Part shown: positions 40,220 to 49,222 of the stretch, one piece after another | Position numbering within the stretch: the first letter of the stretch is position 1 | How the letters are laid out: the number at the start of each line of letters is the position of its first letter | Source of the DNA: Polyangiales bacterium | GTDB lineage: Bacteria; Myxococcota_A; Polyangia; Polyangiales; Houyiibacteriaceae | Length of the DNA: 64,000 nucleotides | Direction: 5' to 3' | Assembly (NCBI GenBank): GCA_965227405.1 | Contig: OZ245758.1 | Span: forward strand, 1,641,693 to 1,705,692 | Translations under genes and position numbers: made by a program | The notes under the pieces: generated by a model | The model's database searches: none | What the model was told of the DNA's origin: nothing | Seen by the model: the letters and a program-made list of their open reading frames with translations, nothing else

Positions 40220-40274
40220 CTATTGTCAGAACTGATAATAACTCTGCTCAAGTTATTGTCAAGTCTGACAATAG
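40220..40274. promoter_or_regulatory. 55-bp imperfect palindrome, candidate TetR operator in the divergent promoter region
   Basis: perfect 11-bp inverted repeat CTATTGTCAGA (40220-40230) / TCTGACAATAG (40264-40274) with nested GATAATAAC / GTTATTGTC. Confidence 0.6.
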
Positions 40275-40289
40275 TGTTAGGTTCGACCC

Positions 40290-40910
40290 ATGGCGCGAGT
40301 CCGACGCACACCCGAGGAAGCGCGAGCTCTCATCCTGAAAGCGGCGCGCGAGATCCTCCTGCGCGAAGGACCTGCTCGTGTGCGCTTGAAGCAAGTCGCG
40401 AAACGCGCAGGCATCAGCCACGGGTTGATCACGCATTACTTCGGAACGATCGAAGGCTTGGTCGAAGAAACGTTCTCAACGTTCGTTCTCGAGATGCGAC
40501 GAGAGTGGATTCGTCGCTTCACGCAAGACGGACTCAACCTTCGAACGGGTGTCGAAGCGTTCTTCGAATCCCTCAGTCATCCGTTGTATGGGCGGTTGGT
40601 TGCGTGGGGGTTGCTAACGGGTCGTTTCGAAAAACCGGATGCGCCCTTGATGAACGATCAGGGCATTCGGCTGAGTGTCGATGCGGTGGAGGCACGTGTT
40701 CGCGAACGTGGTGGAGAGGTGAGCCGCGAGGATCTCGAGTACATGTTCCTGATCGTGATGACGAGCGCGGTGGGGTATCGGCTAGGACGCGTGCTGATGT
40801 GGAAGGGGCTCGGGCGCGAGCCGAGCGAAGAGCGGGATGCGGAGTTTCGGCGGCGGATCACGAAGATGATTCAGGCGTACTTGGATCTACCGGACGAGTT
40901 GGTGCGCTGA
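40290..40910 (+). CDS. TetR-family transcriptional regulator
   Basis: N-terminal TetR HTH ..ILKAAREILLREGPARVRLKQVAKRAGISHGLITHYF. Confidence 0.85.
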   Translation: MARVRRTPEEARALILKAAREILLREGPARVRLKQVAKRAGISHGLITHYFGTIEGLVEETFSTFVLEMRREWIRRFTQDGLNLRTGVEAFFESLSHPLYGRLVAWGLLTGRFEKPDAPLMNDQGIRLSVDAVEARVRERGGEVSREDLEYMFLIVMTSAVGYRLGRVLMWKGLGREPSEERDAEFRRRITKMIQAYLDLPDELVR

Positions 40911-40914
40911 GAAT

Positions 40915-41090
40915 CGAGGCGCTTCGCGGATCCGCAGGGAAGAATCGTCACAATTTGTTAGTGGGAGACGCGAGGCTAGGAGACCGGAGAGATAGATTTT
41001 CTCTGCGGACTCCGAGCCTCGCGTCTCCCACTAAATTAAGATCCCTCCCTCTGCGCCTCATAAAGATCTCCCTCTGCGTGTCCCTCAAAC
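40915..41090. repeat. intergenic repeat with a 20-bp perfect inverted repeat (hairpin element)
   Basis: TTAGTGGGAGACGCGAGGCT (from about 40961) pairs with AGCCTCGCGTCTCCCACTAA about 38 bp away; flanked by the partial core cgcttcgcggatccg. Confidence 0.7.
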
Positions 41091-41750
41091 TTTTGGCCAC
41101 GGTCTCCCCTCGAGTTGCTTCACCCGCTCGGCCGCTGCGTTCCACGCTTTGAAGGCGGCTTCTGCGGCGTCTCCTTCGAGCCGCATCGCCTGGTGTTCCA
41201 AGCGCGTTGCCTCTGCTGTCGCAGCTTGCCGCGCGGAGTCACGCTCTGTCGTTAGCGCCTTGAGGTAACGCGCGAAGCGGTCGGCGTCGGTGGGGAGAGG
41301 TCGGAACATCGCCGCATCGGGGTCGAAGTCTTCGCTCGTGAACCACACCCAATCACGAAGCAGGTTGTCGCACCACCGCTCCAGCTTGCCCTCGCCCCGC
41401 GACGAACCATCCGAGTCGTCAAACCAATGCACGGTGGGTTCCCGGTCTAACGCGTCGACGAGGTATCCCATCGAGTGCCGGTCTTCGACCAACACGAAAA
41501 CATGTGCATCGCCGTAGGGCTTTTCTGCCCCAAGTACGAACGCAGCCTCCAGATTGGGATGAACAAAGTACGACGAGTACTTCGCGACTGAACACGCCTG
41601 CGCCAACGCTCGCACGCCTTCGTATGCATCCGGAAACGGATCCTTCGGCTCCCCTTCGAGCTCGAAGGCAATCGCACCAGCAAGTACGCGCGCAGCCCAC
41701 GGCGTGTTGTAGGACACGCACGCGATGCTCTCGACGCTCAGCAAGCTCAT
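41085..41750 (-). CDS. hypothetical protein
   Basis: 221-aa ORF with balanced composition; no motif recognised. Confidence 0.45.
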   Translation of the reverse strand: MSLLSVESIACVSYNTPWAARVLAGAIAFELEGEPKDPFPDAYEGVRALAQACSVAKYSSYFVHPNLEAAFVLGAEKPYGDAHVFVLVEDRHSMGYLVDALDREPTVHWFDDSDGSSRGEGKLERWCDNLLRDWVWFTSEDFDPDAAMFRPLPTDADRFARYLKALTTERDSARQAATAEATRLEHQAMRLEGDAAEAAFKAWNAAAERVKQLEGRPWPKV

Positions 41751-41769
41751 GGTCCGAGCTTACTGGATG

Positions 41770-42144
41770 TCAGATGACGGGGAGTCCGCGCGCTTCGCAG
41801 TCGTGCTTCAGGATCACGCTCTTGGGTACGTCGCCCAATCCCAACTTGCTCGAAAGATGACGCGCGGCAGCACGCACCTCGAGTTTGGTGGGAACGTGGG
41901 TGGACGTCTCACGGCTACGACAGCGCGCTTCCGCGAGTTTCCATGCAGCAGGTGCGAGTCCGCCAGAGTCCTCGAGGAGACGGGCATACCCGCCATCTTC
42001 GGAAACCAACTTCAGCAGCCATTCGATGGGTCGCATCTCATACCTCCATACGACCGGTTGTGGCGCGACCTTTAGGGATTGGTGGGCGCGCTCATTACTA
42101 AGACGTGCAAAGCGCGCTTCAAAGTCAAAGAAACGGACGAACAC
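41770..42144 (-). CDS. hypothetical small protein (uncertain)
   Basis: 124-aa ORF directly upstream of and on the same strand as 41085..41750. Confidence 0.3.
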   Translation of the reverse strand: MFVRFFDFEARFARLSNERAHQSLKVAPQPVVWRYEMRPIEWLLKLVSEDGGYARLLEDSGGLAPAAWKLAEARCRSRETSTHVPTKLEVRAAARHLSSKLGLGDVPKSVILKHDCEARGLPVI

Positions 42145-42278
42145 TCGAGAAATACCCGGTTTTGTCGAGGGATCGCGAATGCCTCCTCGCCAACCAGGGA
42201 CGTTTCACGCACGTCACATCGGTATCGCCTCAGGTACTTACTGGCCCTGCGGCGCGATGGCGTTAAGGTGCTCGGTCC

Positions 42279-45200
42279 GTGCTTCCCCTCGAGAAGGTCC
42301 GCGAGAAGCTCTCCCCCGCCGATCGAGCGATGACGATCGAGGACGTGTCCGCTTCGTTGATGGACGAAGAGGTGGCGTACGCGCTCGCATACTTGGCCAA
42401 CTACGTCGAAGCGAAAACCCTCGGCGACTTGTTGTCGAGTGAACGCGCGCTGCATGTGTTTGGGCAGGCGCTTCGTCGGGATACGCAACAACGCGTGCTC
42501 CATGCACTCGACGAGTGGGCGCTAAGTGAAACACGTGTCCGCTGGCGTTGGCCGATCCAACCCTCGCCGATGGTGCCTGCTCCGCCCGAGAGTTTGAGTG
42601 CGCTGCGCAAGTGGGTGAAGAAGCACGACATCGAAGCGTTCCTCGGCGCGTTCGGGCAGAAGGTTCGTCCTTTTGCGCCTTCGGGCTACTTCATCGACAC
42701 CAACGAGTTGGTGACCGTCGAAGACATCTTGTGGCGACGCGGACCGGTCTCGACGCTCTCGCGCGCCGTCGCAGATCGTTATGCCATCGCTGCGCGCTCG
42801 TTTCTGCACTACCGAGCACGGCGACATGCGTTGGTCGTCAAACGTCGCGAGCTCTGGCAAAGCCGCCCGCATTCTCGTGCACTTCGCTTGTTTGCGAGTC
42901 GGATGCGCGAAGCCTTCGATCTCCTGGATCCGAGTTCGGACGACCCGGTCTTTCTGAGCGGCGATGAGCATCTCGTCCTGAACGACGCACCTCCCTCCAT
43001 CTCCGTGCGCATGCGCGGTGCACCCAGCACTACCGTTCGCATCGAGTTCATGGGTTTCGAAACGGCGCCGGTTCGTCTTACAACCGCGCGCGCGATGCCG
43101 ATCGAGCGCGCTCCAGAAGTTCGCGCCTTGGTCGAATGGACGCGCGACATCGTCCACGACATCCAGCATCCGCTCCACGAGACGCTCGAACGCGTGTTGT
43201 CCAAGCCCACGTGGATGTTCGTGGTGGACGCGTTGGCCAAAGGCCTCGAAGAATCCGAGGACAAGCCCTCCCGTGAGCAACGGTTGCTTTGGCGAATCGA
43301 AGAGACGAGTTCCGATCGCAAGTTTCGCGTGGATGCGATTGTTCAAAAGCGTCTCAAGTCTGGAAAGTGGAGCAAGGGTGCTCGCACAGCGGTCAACAAG
43401 ATTCCGGTCGAAGCACTGGGACCGGCTGACCACCTCATCTACGACGAGGCATCCAAAGCCGAAGATCGCTTTCCCGTGAACTACGACTCGGTATTGCTGG
43501 CGTTGGTGGGCCATCCGCGCGTGGAGCACGAAGGTCGGCGCATTTCGATCCACCAAAGTCAGCCCACGCTGGCGCTCACGCCAGCCGACGGTGGCGTGCA
43601 CGTGGAACTGCGCCTGCTCAACACCGTGTTTGATCCCGACGACATGGACGAGCGTGTCCACACGGCATGGGACGACGATCGACTGCACCTCACCGTCCTG
43701 GATCAACGCACGCTCGGGGTGATGCGAACGCTCGCTGGTTTTGGTGGTGTCCTTCCGCCCGAAAGCTACGACCGCATTCTTGAACTGCTGGCCCGGCTCC
43801 AACCGAACATCCAACTTCAGCTTCCGACGGCGTTGCGGGGCGATGCGAAAGCGGGGCCAAGCCCACTGGTTGTTCGCTTGGATCCGGATGACCGCGCGCT
43901 TGCGCTGAGCCTTCGCTTTCGACCCTTTGGTGCGAACGGTGGTTCGTGGCCGGCGGGTTCAGGACCGCGCATCGTGTACGGCACCAAGAAGGGCAAGCGC
44001 ATGCACGTGCAGCGCGATCTGCTGGACGAACAAAAGCAGGTACGCGCACTTCAAGACGCGTTGGGGCTCGATCAACTCGACACACGCATCACCGACTTGC
44101 CGCGTGCACTGGGGATCTTGGATCAGCTGGAGCAACGCGCGGCCCGCAAAGAGCTGATCACCGAGTGGCCGCGCGGTCGAAAGTGGAAGCTGCTTGGTAC
44201 GGCAACGAGCAGCGCGCTCAAAGTACAGGTCCAACGCGCGGGGGATTGGTTTGGCGTGGAAGGCTACGCCGAACTGGATGGCGTGAAGGTCCCTCTTTCG
44301 TCGTTGCTCAAGGCGGTTCGTCGAAACGAAGAGTGGGTGCAAGTCGCGCCCGGTCGGTTTGCCAAGATCGCCGACGGCCTGCGTGATCGACTGGGCAGTG
44401 CAGACGACGTGTTGGTCGAACACAAAGGCGAAATCGTCACCGGTGTTGCTGCGGTCTCCGAAGTCAAAGCGTTGGTCGACGAGGGCAACCTCGAAGCAGA
44501 CGACGGATGGCTCGACGTGTTGGATCGGATGGAACGCGCCAGCGAACTCGACCCCGAGTTGCCCGACGAACTCGATGCCGAACTTCGCGAGTACCAAACC
44601 GAAGGGTTTGTGTGGCTTGCGCGTTTGGCTGAGTGGGGCGCCGGCGCGTGTCTCGCCGACGAGATGGGCTTGGGCAAAACGGTGCAAGCCTTAGCGATGT
44701 TGTTGCGTCGAAGCGAGCTTGGACCCGCGCTTGTGGTCGCGCCGACGTCCGTCGGTGCAACGTGGCGTTCGGAAGCCAAGCGTTTCGCGCCCGAACTCAA
44801 CATCCGCAACTACCGCGGGCCGAAGCGAGCATCGCAACTCACCAAGCTCGGAAAACGCGATGTTGTCGTGACGAGTTACGACATTCTCGCGCGCGATGGC
44901 GAGGTGCTGGCTAACCAGGACTTCGCGACGTTCATTCTTGATGAAGCGCAAGCGATCAAAAACGCACGCACCAAGCGAGCGAAAGCAGCACGCGGAATCC
45001 AAGCACAGTGGCGATTGGCGCTGACCGGCACGCCACTGGAAAACCACCTTGGCGAGCTATGGAGTTTGTTCCGCGTGGTGTCCCCAGGATTGCTGGGCAC
45101 GTGGCCACACTTTCGCGAGCGCTTTGCGAGTCCGATCGAGCGCGATGGCATCGAAGAGCGGCAGCAAGCGCTCGCCCAGAAACTTCATCCCTTCTTGCTG

Positions 45201-45953
45201 CGACGAACAAAATCCGCGGTTGCACAAGAGCTTCCGCCTCGAACCGAGGTACTGCGCCCGGTCGAGTTTTCTGAGCACGAACTGGCGATCTACAACGCGG
45301 CTCGACAGGAAGCACTGGACGGTTTGGTCGCGTCCAAGCTCGAGAAGAAGCGCTTTGAGGTTCTTGCTGCGCTAACGCGTTTGCGTTTGTTGGCTTGTCA
45401 TCCGCGTTTGGTCGATCCGACGTCGACGCTCAAGTCGTCCAAGGTGAGCAGCCTGTTGGAGTTGATCGACGATCTTCGTCGCGAAGGTCACCGCACGTTG
45501 GTGTTCAGCCAGTTTGTGTCGTTGCTGGATATTGTGCGCGAGGAACTCGACGCAAAGGGAATCGACCCACTCTACTTGGTGGGTTCAACACCGGCAGAGC
45601 AACGCGAGCGTTTGGTGGACCAGTGGCAAGAGGGTGAAGACCCCGTGTTCCTCATCTCGCTCAAGGCCGGAGGAACGGGACTGACGCTGACCGGTGCGGA
45701 TACCGTGATTCATCTGGATCCCTGGTGGAACCCAGCGGTGGAAGACCAAGCGTCAGACCGTGCGCACCGCATCGGGCAAGAGAAGCCGGTCACGGTGGTG
45801 CGACTGGTCACGCAGGGAACGATCGAAGAGTCTGTGCTGCGTTTGCACGATGAGAAGCGTGCGTTGGTGGATGGCGTCCTGGAGGGAAGCGGTGCTGCAG
45901 GGTCACTGAGTGCGGAGGAGCTGGTGGCGCTAATCCGGGGGGAAAGCGACTAG
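42279..45953 (+). CDS. SNF2-family helicase with long N-terminal SNF2-associated region
   Basis: SNF2_N motifs ..LREYQTEGFVWL.., DEMGLGKTVQALA, ILDEAQAIKN; helicase-C motifs LISLKAGGTGLTLTGADTVIHLDPWWNPAVEDQASDRAHRIGQ. Confidence 0.85.
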   Translation: MLPLEKVREKLSPADRAMTIEDVSASLMDEEVAYALAYLANYVEAKTLGDLLSSERALHVFGQALRRDTQQRVLHALDEWALSETRVRWRWPIQPSPMVPAPPESLSALRKWVKKHDIEAFLGAFGQKVRPFAPSGYFIDTNELVTVEDILWRRGPVSTLSRAVADRYAIAARSFLHYRARRHALVVKRRELWQSRPHSRALRLFASRMREAFDLLDPSSDDPVFLSGDEHLVLNDAPPSISVRMRGAPSTTVRIEFMGFETAPVRLTTARAMPIERAPEVRALVEWTRDIVHDIQHPLHETLERVLSKPTWMFVVDALAKGLEESEDKPSREQRLLWRIEETSSDRKFRVDAIVQKRLKSGKWSKGARTAVNKIPVEALGPADHLIYDEASKAEDRFPVNYDSVLLALVGHPRVEHEGRRISIHQSQPTLALTPADGGVHVELRLLNTVFDPDDMDERVHTAWDDDRLHLTVLDQRTLGVMRTLAGFGGVLPPESYDRILELLARLQPNIQLQLPTALRGDAKAGPSPLVVRLDPDDRALALSLRFRPFGANGGSWPAGSGPRIVYGTKKGKRMHVQRDLLDEQKQVRALQDALGLDQLDTRITDLPRALGILDQLEQRAARKELITEWPRGRKWKLLGTATSSALKVQVQRAGDWFGVEGYAELDGVKVPLSSLLKAVRRNEEWVQVAPGRFAKIADGLRDRLGSADDVLVEHKGEIVTGVAAVSEVKALVDEGNLEADDGWLDVLDRMERASELDPELPDELDAELREYQTEGFVWLARLAEWGAGACLADEMGLGKTVQALAMLLRRSELGPALVVAPTSVGATWRSEAKRFAPELNIRNYRGPKRASQLTKLGKRDVVVTSYDILARDGEVLANQDFATFILDEAQAIKNARTKRAKAARGIQAQWRLALTGTPLENHLGELWSLFRVVSPGLLGTWPHFRERFASPIERDGIEERQQALAQKLHPFLLRRTKSAVAQELPPRTEVLRPVEFSEHELAIYNAARQEALDGLVASKLEKKRFEVLAALTRLRLLACHPRLVDPTSTLKSSKVSSLLELIDDLRREGHRTLVFSQFVSLLDIVREELDAKGIDPLYLVGSTPAEQRERLVDQWQEGEDPVFLISLKAGGTGLTLTGADTVIHLDPWWNPAVEDQASDRAHRIGQEKPVTVVRLVTQGTIEESVLRLHDEKRALVDGVLEGSGAAGSLSAEELVALIRGESD

Positions 45954-45959
45954 GTTCCT

Positions 45960-46190
45960 GGGTTGTGGCTCCGGTCTATTCACTAATTTAGTGGAAGATT
46001 CGAAGACGAAAGACGAAAGAGCGCGAGCTCGAGCGCGAGGGTGACCGATAAATTTTTCGGGTATCGTCGCTCCGAGGCACCCACAAAAAGACAGCTCCCC
46101 TTGAGTCTTGCGCCTTCGATCTTCCACTAAGAATATCGACCAAAAGGCGCGCCACCAAAGTGACGCGCCCCAAGTTCGAGACAAGCTCGC
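45960..46190. repeat. intergenic repeat element with TTAGTGGAAG terminal inverted repeats
   Basis: CTAATTTAGTGGAAGAT (~45978) pairs with ATCTTCCACTAAG (~46121); shares ttcgaagacgaaagacgaaagagcg-type motifs with 54535..54610 and 29760..29790. Confidence 0.6.
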
Positions 46191-46196
46191 AAGATC

Positions 46197-46964
46197 TTAC
46201 AAGCCGAACTCGGCCAGACACTCCCTCAGCTGCGGCGTGTCTTCCCAACCGCAACCGTCTTCCCCACCACCGCACACACCGTAGCGCTGGTAGCAGACAA
46301 ACTCCGGTCGCACTTCGCACGTAGTCGCAAGATCATCGGCTGCGCAGATCTCTCCCGAGCAACCCGTTCGACGACACTCGCCGGGATCCGGTTCGGGATC
46401 GGGCTCGGGATCCGCAAGACACGCTTCGAGTTCCGCGGTCTCCATCCAACCGCACTCGCCATCATCCTGACGTCCGCAGATTCCGTGGTCGGCGTAGCAC
46501 GCATCTCCGGGAAGCACTTCACACGTGGTCGCGATGTCTTCGTCCGCGCAGATCTGACCGGAGCAACCGGTTCGACGACACTCGCCCGGTTCCGGTGAAG
46601 GATCGTCCAAGCACGCACTCAACTCTGGCGTCTCGGTCCACCCGCACAGTCCATCAGCCTGACGCTCGCAGGCTCCGTGCGTGTCGTAACAAGCATACTC
46701 TGGTCGTGCTTCGCACGTACTCGTGAGTGGCTCGTCGTTACAGAGTTCACCCGAACAGCCGGTACGAATACAGCCGCCACAATCGGGGTCAGCATCGAGA
46801 CAGAACGAGTCGCACTCGCCGTCTCCGTACCAGCCAAACTCTTCGCAGTAATCGACTTCGGTCTCGCCGATGTCGCGTACCTCTTGTTTCGTAAACCCAG
46901 CGTTTTCCGACGTACAGCCGGCAACGGCGAGGCACGCGAAAGCCCAAGATGCGATTCGATTCAT
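46197..46964 (-). CDS. Cys-rich lipoprotein with three tandem ~65-aa repeats
   Basis: lipobox MNRIASWAFACLAVAGCTSE; three repeats of C(I/R)RTGCSG(E/Q)(L/I)C..ATTCE..P..CY..G.C.RQ.DG.CGW.ET.EL..CL. Confidence 0.65.
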   Translation of the reverse strand: MNRIASWAFACLAVAGCTSENAGFTKQEVRDIGETEVDYCEEFGWYGDGECDSFCLDADPDCGGCIRTGCSGELCNDEPLTSTCEARPEYACYDTHGACERQADGLCGWTETPELSACLDDPSPEPGECRRTGCSGQICADEDIATTCEVLPGDACYADHGICGRQDDGECGWMETAELEACLADPEPDPEPDPGECRRTGCSGEICAADDLATTCEVRPEFVCYQRYGVCGGGEDGCGWEDTPQLRECLAEFGL

Positions 46965-47055
46965 GATGTTTCCTTTCTGAAGCAAGACAGACAACGGCCT
47001 GCCAACGCCGGAGTCGGCGCGGTGGTGCAGGCAGAAATGAGGGAGCTAGCGAGCG

Positions 47056-47709
47056 CTAGAGGGGACAGCCTCCGGCACACGCCTCGGCGACCAGAGTGAT
47101 GAACACGGCGTCTTCACTGCCGCGCACTTCCAAGAGATCTTCGACTTCCCCGTCACGGCCATCGAACGTGACGATCACATCAAGACCACCATCACCGGCG
47201 CTCATCCCGGTTACCGACAAGCCTTGGTCGCCGCGTACAAGCGCAGGTGCCATCAGCATCTCCGCGCACACCGGCTGAGCAGGAAAACGGATTGCGGTTT
47301 CTTCACCCGGCTCGCCTTCGATGCGCATGAACGTTTCGGGCACCGTGGGTCGGCACACCCCCGAAAGTGCGCCGACAACCACGCTGAAGTCGAACACGTC
47401 GGAACGAAGTCGCTCGTTGATCGCTTGCAAGCGAACCGTCAACGCGCCCGGCAACTCAAAACGAAAGCTGCCATCCTCGTTCGTCGGAATACGAACCGGT
47501 GCATCCGTGCTGCCGAAGATGGTGGTTTGGATGTCCACACCACCCGGATCAACCGCGCCTGCGCTGCCCTGCACGATGAGCAAACCCGCACCGCCTTCGA
47601 TCAACTCCACGCGTTCCGGATCCAGGTCGGGCTGCAGCGGAGGGTTGCCAGTTTCGGTGCCCACACAGGCCAGCGAGACCACGAAAAGCATGCAAAGTAA
47701 GGGTTTCAT
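47056..47709 (-). CDS. lipoprotein, hypothetical
   Basis: lipobox MKPLLCMLFVVSLACVG; 4-bp overlap with the upstream gene. Confidence 0.55.
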   Translation of the reverse strand: MKPLLCMLFVVSLACVGTETGNPPLQPDLDPERVELIEGGAGLLIVQGSAGAVDPGGVDIQTTIFGSTDAPVRIPTNEDGSFRFELPGALTVRLQAINERLRSDVFDFSVVVGALSGVCRPTVPETFMRIEGEPGEETAIRFPAQPVCAEMLMAPALVRGDQGLSVTGMSAGDGGLDVIVTFDGRDGEVEDLLEVRGSEDAVFITLVAEACAGGCPL

Positions 47710-48539
47710 GACGTCTCATCGCCTTTAGAGAGAGGGAAGAGCTGAAAGTTAATCTGGATGACCTGGGTCGGATTTTCAGAGTCTTCTTCGAGAGCAAGAA
47801 GCGACCCGCGCAGGTCGCGAAGCTGGCTTTTGATCTCTTGGAGACGACCCGGATCCACGCAAAGCGTCAAAGATGAGATGTCGCGTTCTGCCGCGGGCAC
47901 GAGATCGATCGCTTCGGCAGCACGGCGCATCATTACGCGGTGGTACTCGCCGATGTGCACCCACTTGGTTTGCGGCCCCGTCGACACGATCGAATCGCTG
48001 GGTCGAATCTGGCCATCGACTTCTTTCAGCATGCCGAGTTCTTCGAGAATGCGAAGCGCACGAGCGGCATCGCTCTTGGAGATCGCCGGAACCATCTGAC
48101 CCGCGATCCAAGCTGCGTCGGCGCGAAAGTCTTTGCGTCGCGCCAACTCACGCACCGCGGGAATGAACCACTCGCTGTGGTATGCGGCATGTGCGAGATC
48201 GAGTTTTTGAGCTTTGCGAAAGCTGCGGTGACTCGACAGGTCGCGATAGCGTTGTGCGCGCTCTGACGAAGTCTTGGCTTGGTTGAACGCCACCAGGTGC
48301 TCAAAGAAACGCAGCCCTTCCCCGTCCAAGCCGCATGCCTTTCCAAAGCGCTGCGCCATTGCCGGGGTGAGGTTGCGGTCGCCATCGATGACCAGCTTCA
48401 AGTAGTTGGGCGACTTGAGTCCGGCGCGACGAGCGAACGCGCGATACGAAAACCGACCGCCCGCTTTCTTGAGGTCGTAATACGCGCGAAGAAACTCGCG
48501 GTAGTCGAGGAACTCAAAGACTTCGAGCGGCGCGCCCAT
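47706..48539 (-). CDS. TIGR02147-like (Fibrobacter/myxobacterial paralogous family) putative DNA-binding protein
   Basis: N-terminus ..FLDYREFLRAYYDLKKAGGRFSYRAFARRAGLKSPNYLKLVIDGDRNLT resembles that family as I recall it. Confidence 0.6.
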   Translation of the reverse strand: MGAPLEVFEFLDYREFLRAYYDLKKAGGRFSYRAFARRAGLKSPNYLKLVIDGDRNLTPAMAQRFGKACGLDGEGLRFFEHLVAFNQAKTSSERAQRYRDLSSHRSFRKAQKLDLAHAAYHSEWFIPAVRELARRKDFRADAAWIAGQMVPAISKSDAARALRILEELGMLKEVDGQIRPSDSIVSTGPQTKWVHIGEYHRVMMRRAAEAIDLVPAAERDISSLTLCVDPGRLQEIKSQLRDLRGSLLALEEDSENPTQVIQINFQLFPLSKGDETS

Positions 48540-48756
48540 GACTACTCAATACGTCGCCTCGCGTGTTCGCGCACCCTGCGGAACAGAGATATCGTATACG
48601 CTTAGTATACAAAAATTGATGAGTTTCACAAATAATCCAATAATATCAAGCAGCCTAGTTCGTCTTGGCACATGCAGCGGACTCAATCTGTATACAAGCT
48701 CAATCGACTGCTCGCTGTTCGTGCGCCTCGAACACGGCAATGGCTAGACTGCGCGC
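48540..48756. promoter_or_regulatory. AT-rich divergent promoter region with three GTATAC palindromes
   Basis: tcgtatacgcttagtatacaaaaattgatgag...aatctgtatacaagc; local GC is far below the window average. Confidence 0.5.
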
Positions 48757-49161
48757 ATGGCCTCGACGACCAAGATTTCCAAGTGGATTCGCGCAACGCT
48801 CATCGGGCCTTTTGCCACGTGTTGGGGTGTCGTCACGGCGGCCTCGGTACTCCTTCCGAGCGAAACGTTCTCGCGCATCTTCTTTGATGTGGATTCGTGG
48901 GCGCTGGGGATGTGGCTCGTCAGCTTGTTCGCGTCTGCGGTGGCTGTCTGTCTGATCGCCACCGATGTGCTCTTCCTGAAGTGGAAGTTCCGCCAACTGC
49001 CCACAAGCTTGTTCAGTTCCATGCTGGCCCCGATTGCAGTTTGGATCGTGTGGTTTGTGATGCCTTCGTTCGAAACGATCCCGCTCTTGGTCGCGTCATT
49101 GGCTGCGGGATTGTGGATTGGCGCGGCGTCGGTGCGCTTGGTGTTTGGCAAGCGTCCCTAG
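48757..49161 (+). CDS. small integral membrane protein (4 TM), hypothetical
   Basis: four hydrophobic helices; 134 aa. Confidence 0.5.
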   Translation: MASTTKISKWIRATLIGPFATCWGVVTAASVLLPSETFSRIFFDVDSWALGMWLVSLFASAVAVCLIATDVLFLKWKFRQLPTSLFSSMLAPIAVWIVWFVMPSFETIPLLVASLAAGLWIGAASVRLVFGKRP

Positions 49162-49222
49162 TTCCTGAGTCCGCCACAAACCTGTAACCGAGCCGGCCCC
49201 CAAGTGGAGGTATAGACCTCGG

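Noticed and set aside
42522-43814. 430-aa ORF antisense to the SNF2 helicase
   Set aside because: Antisense to a gene with unambiguous helicase motifs.
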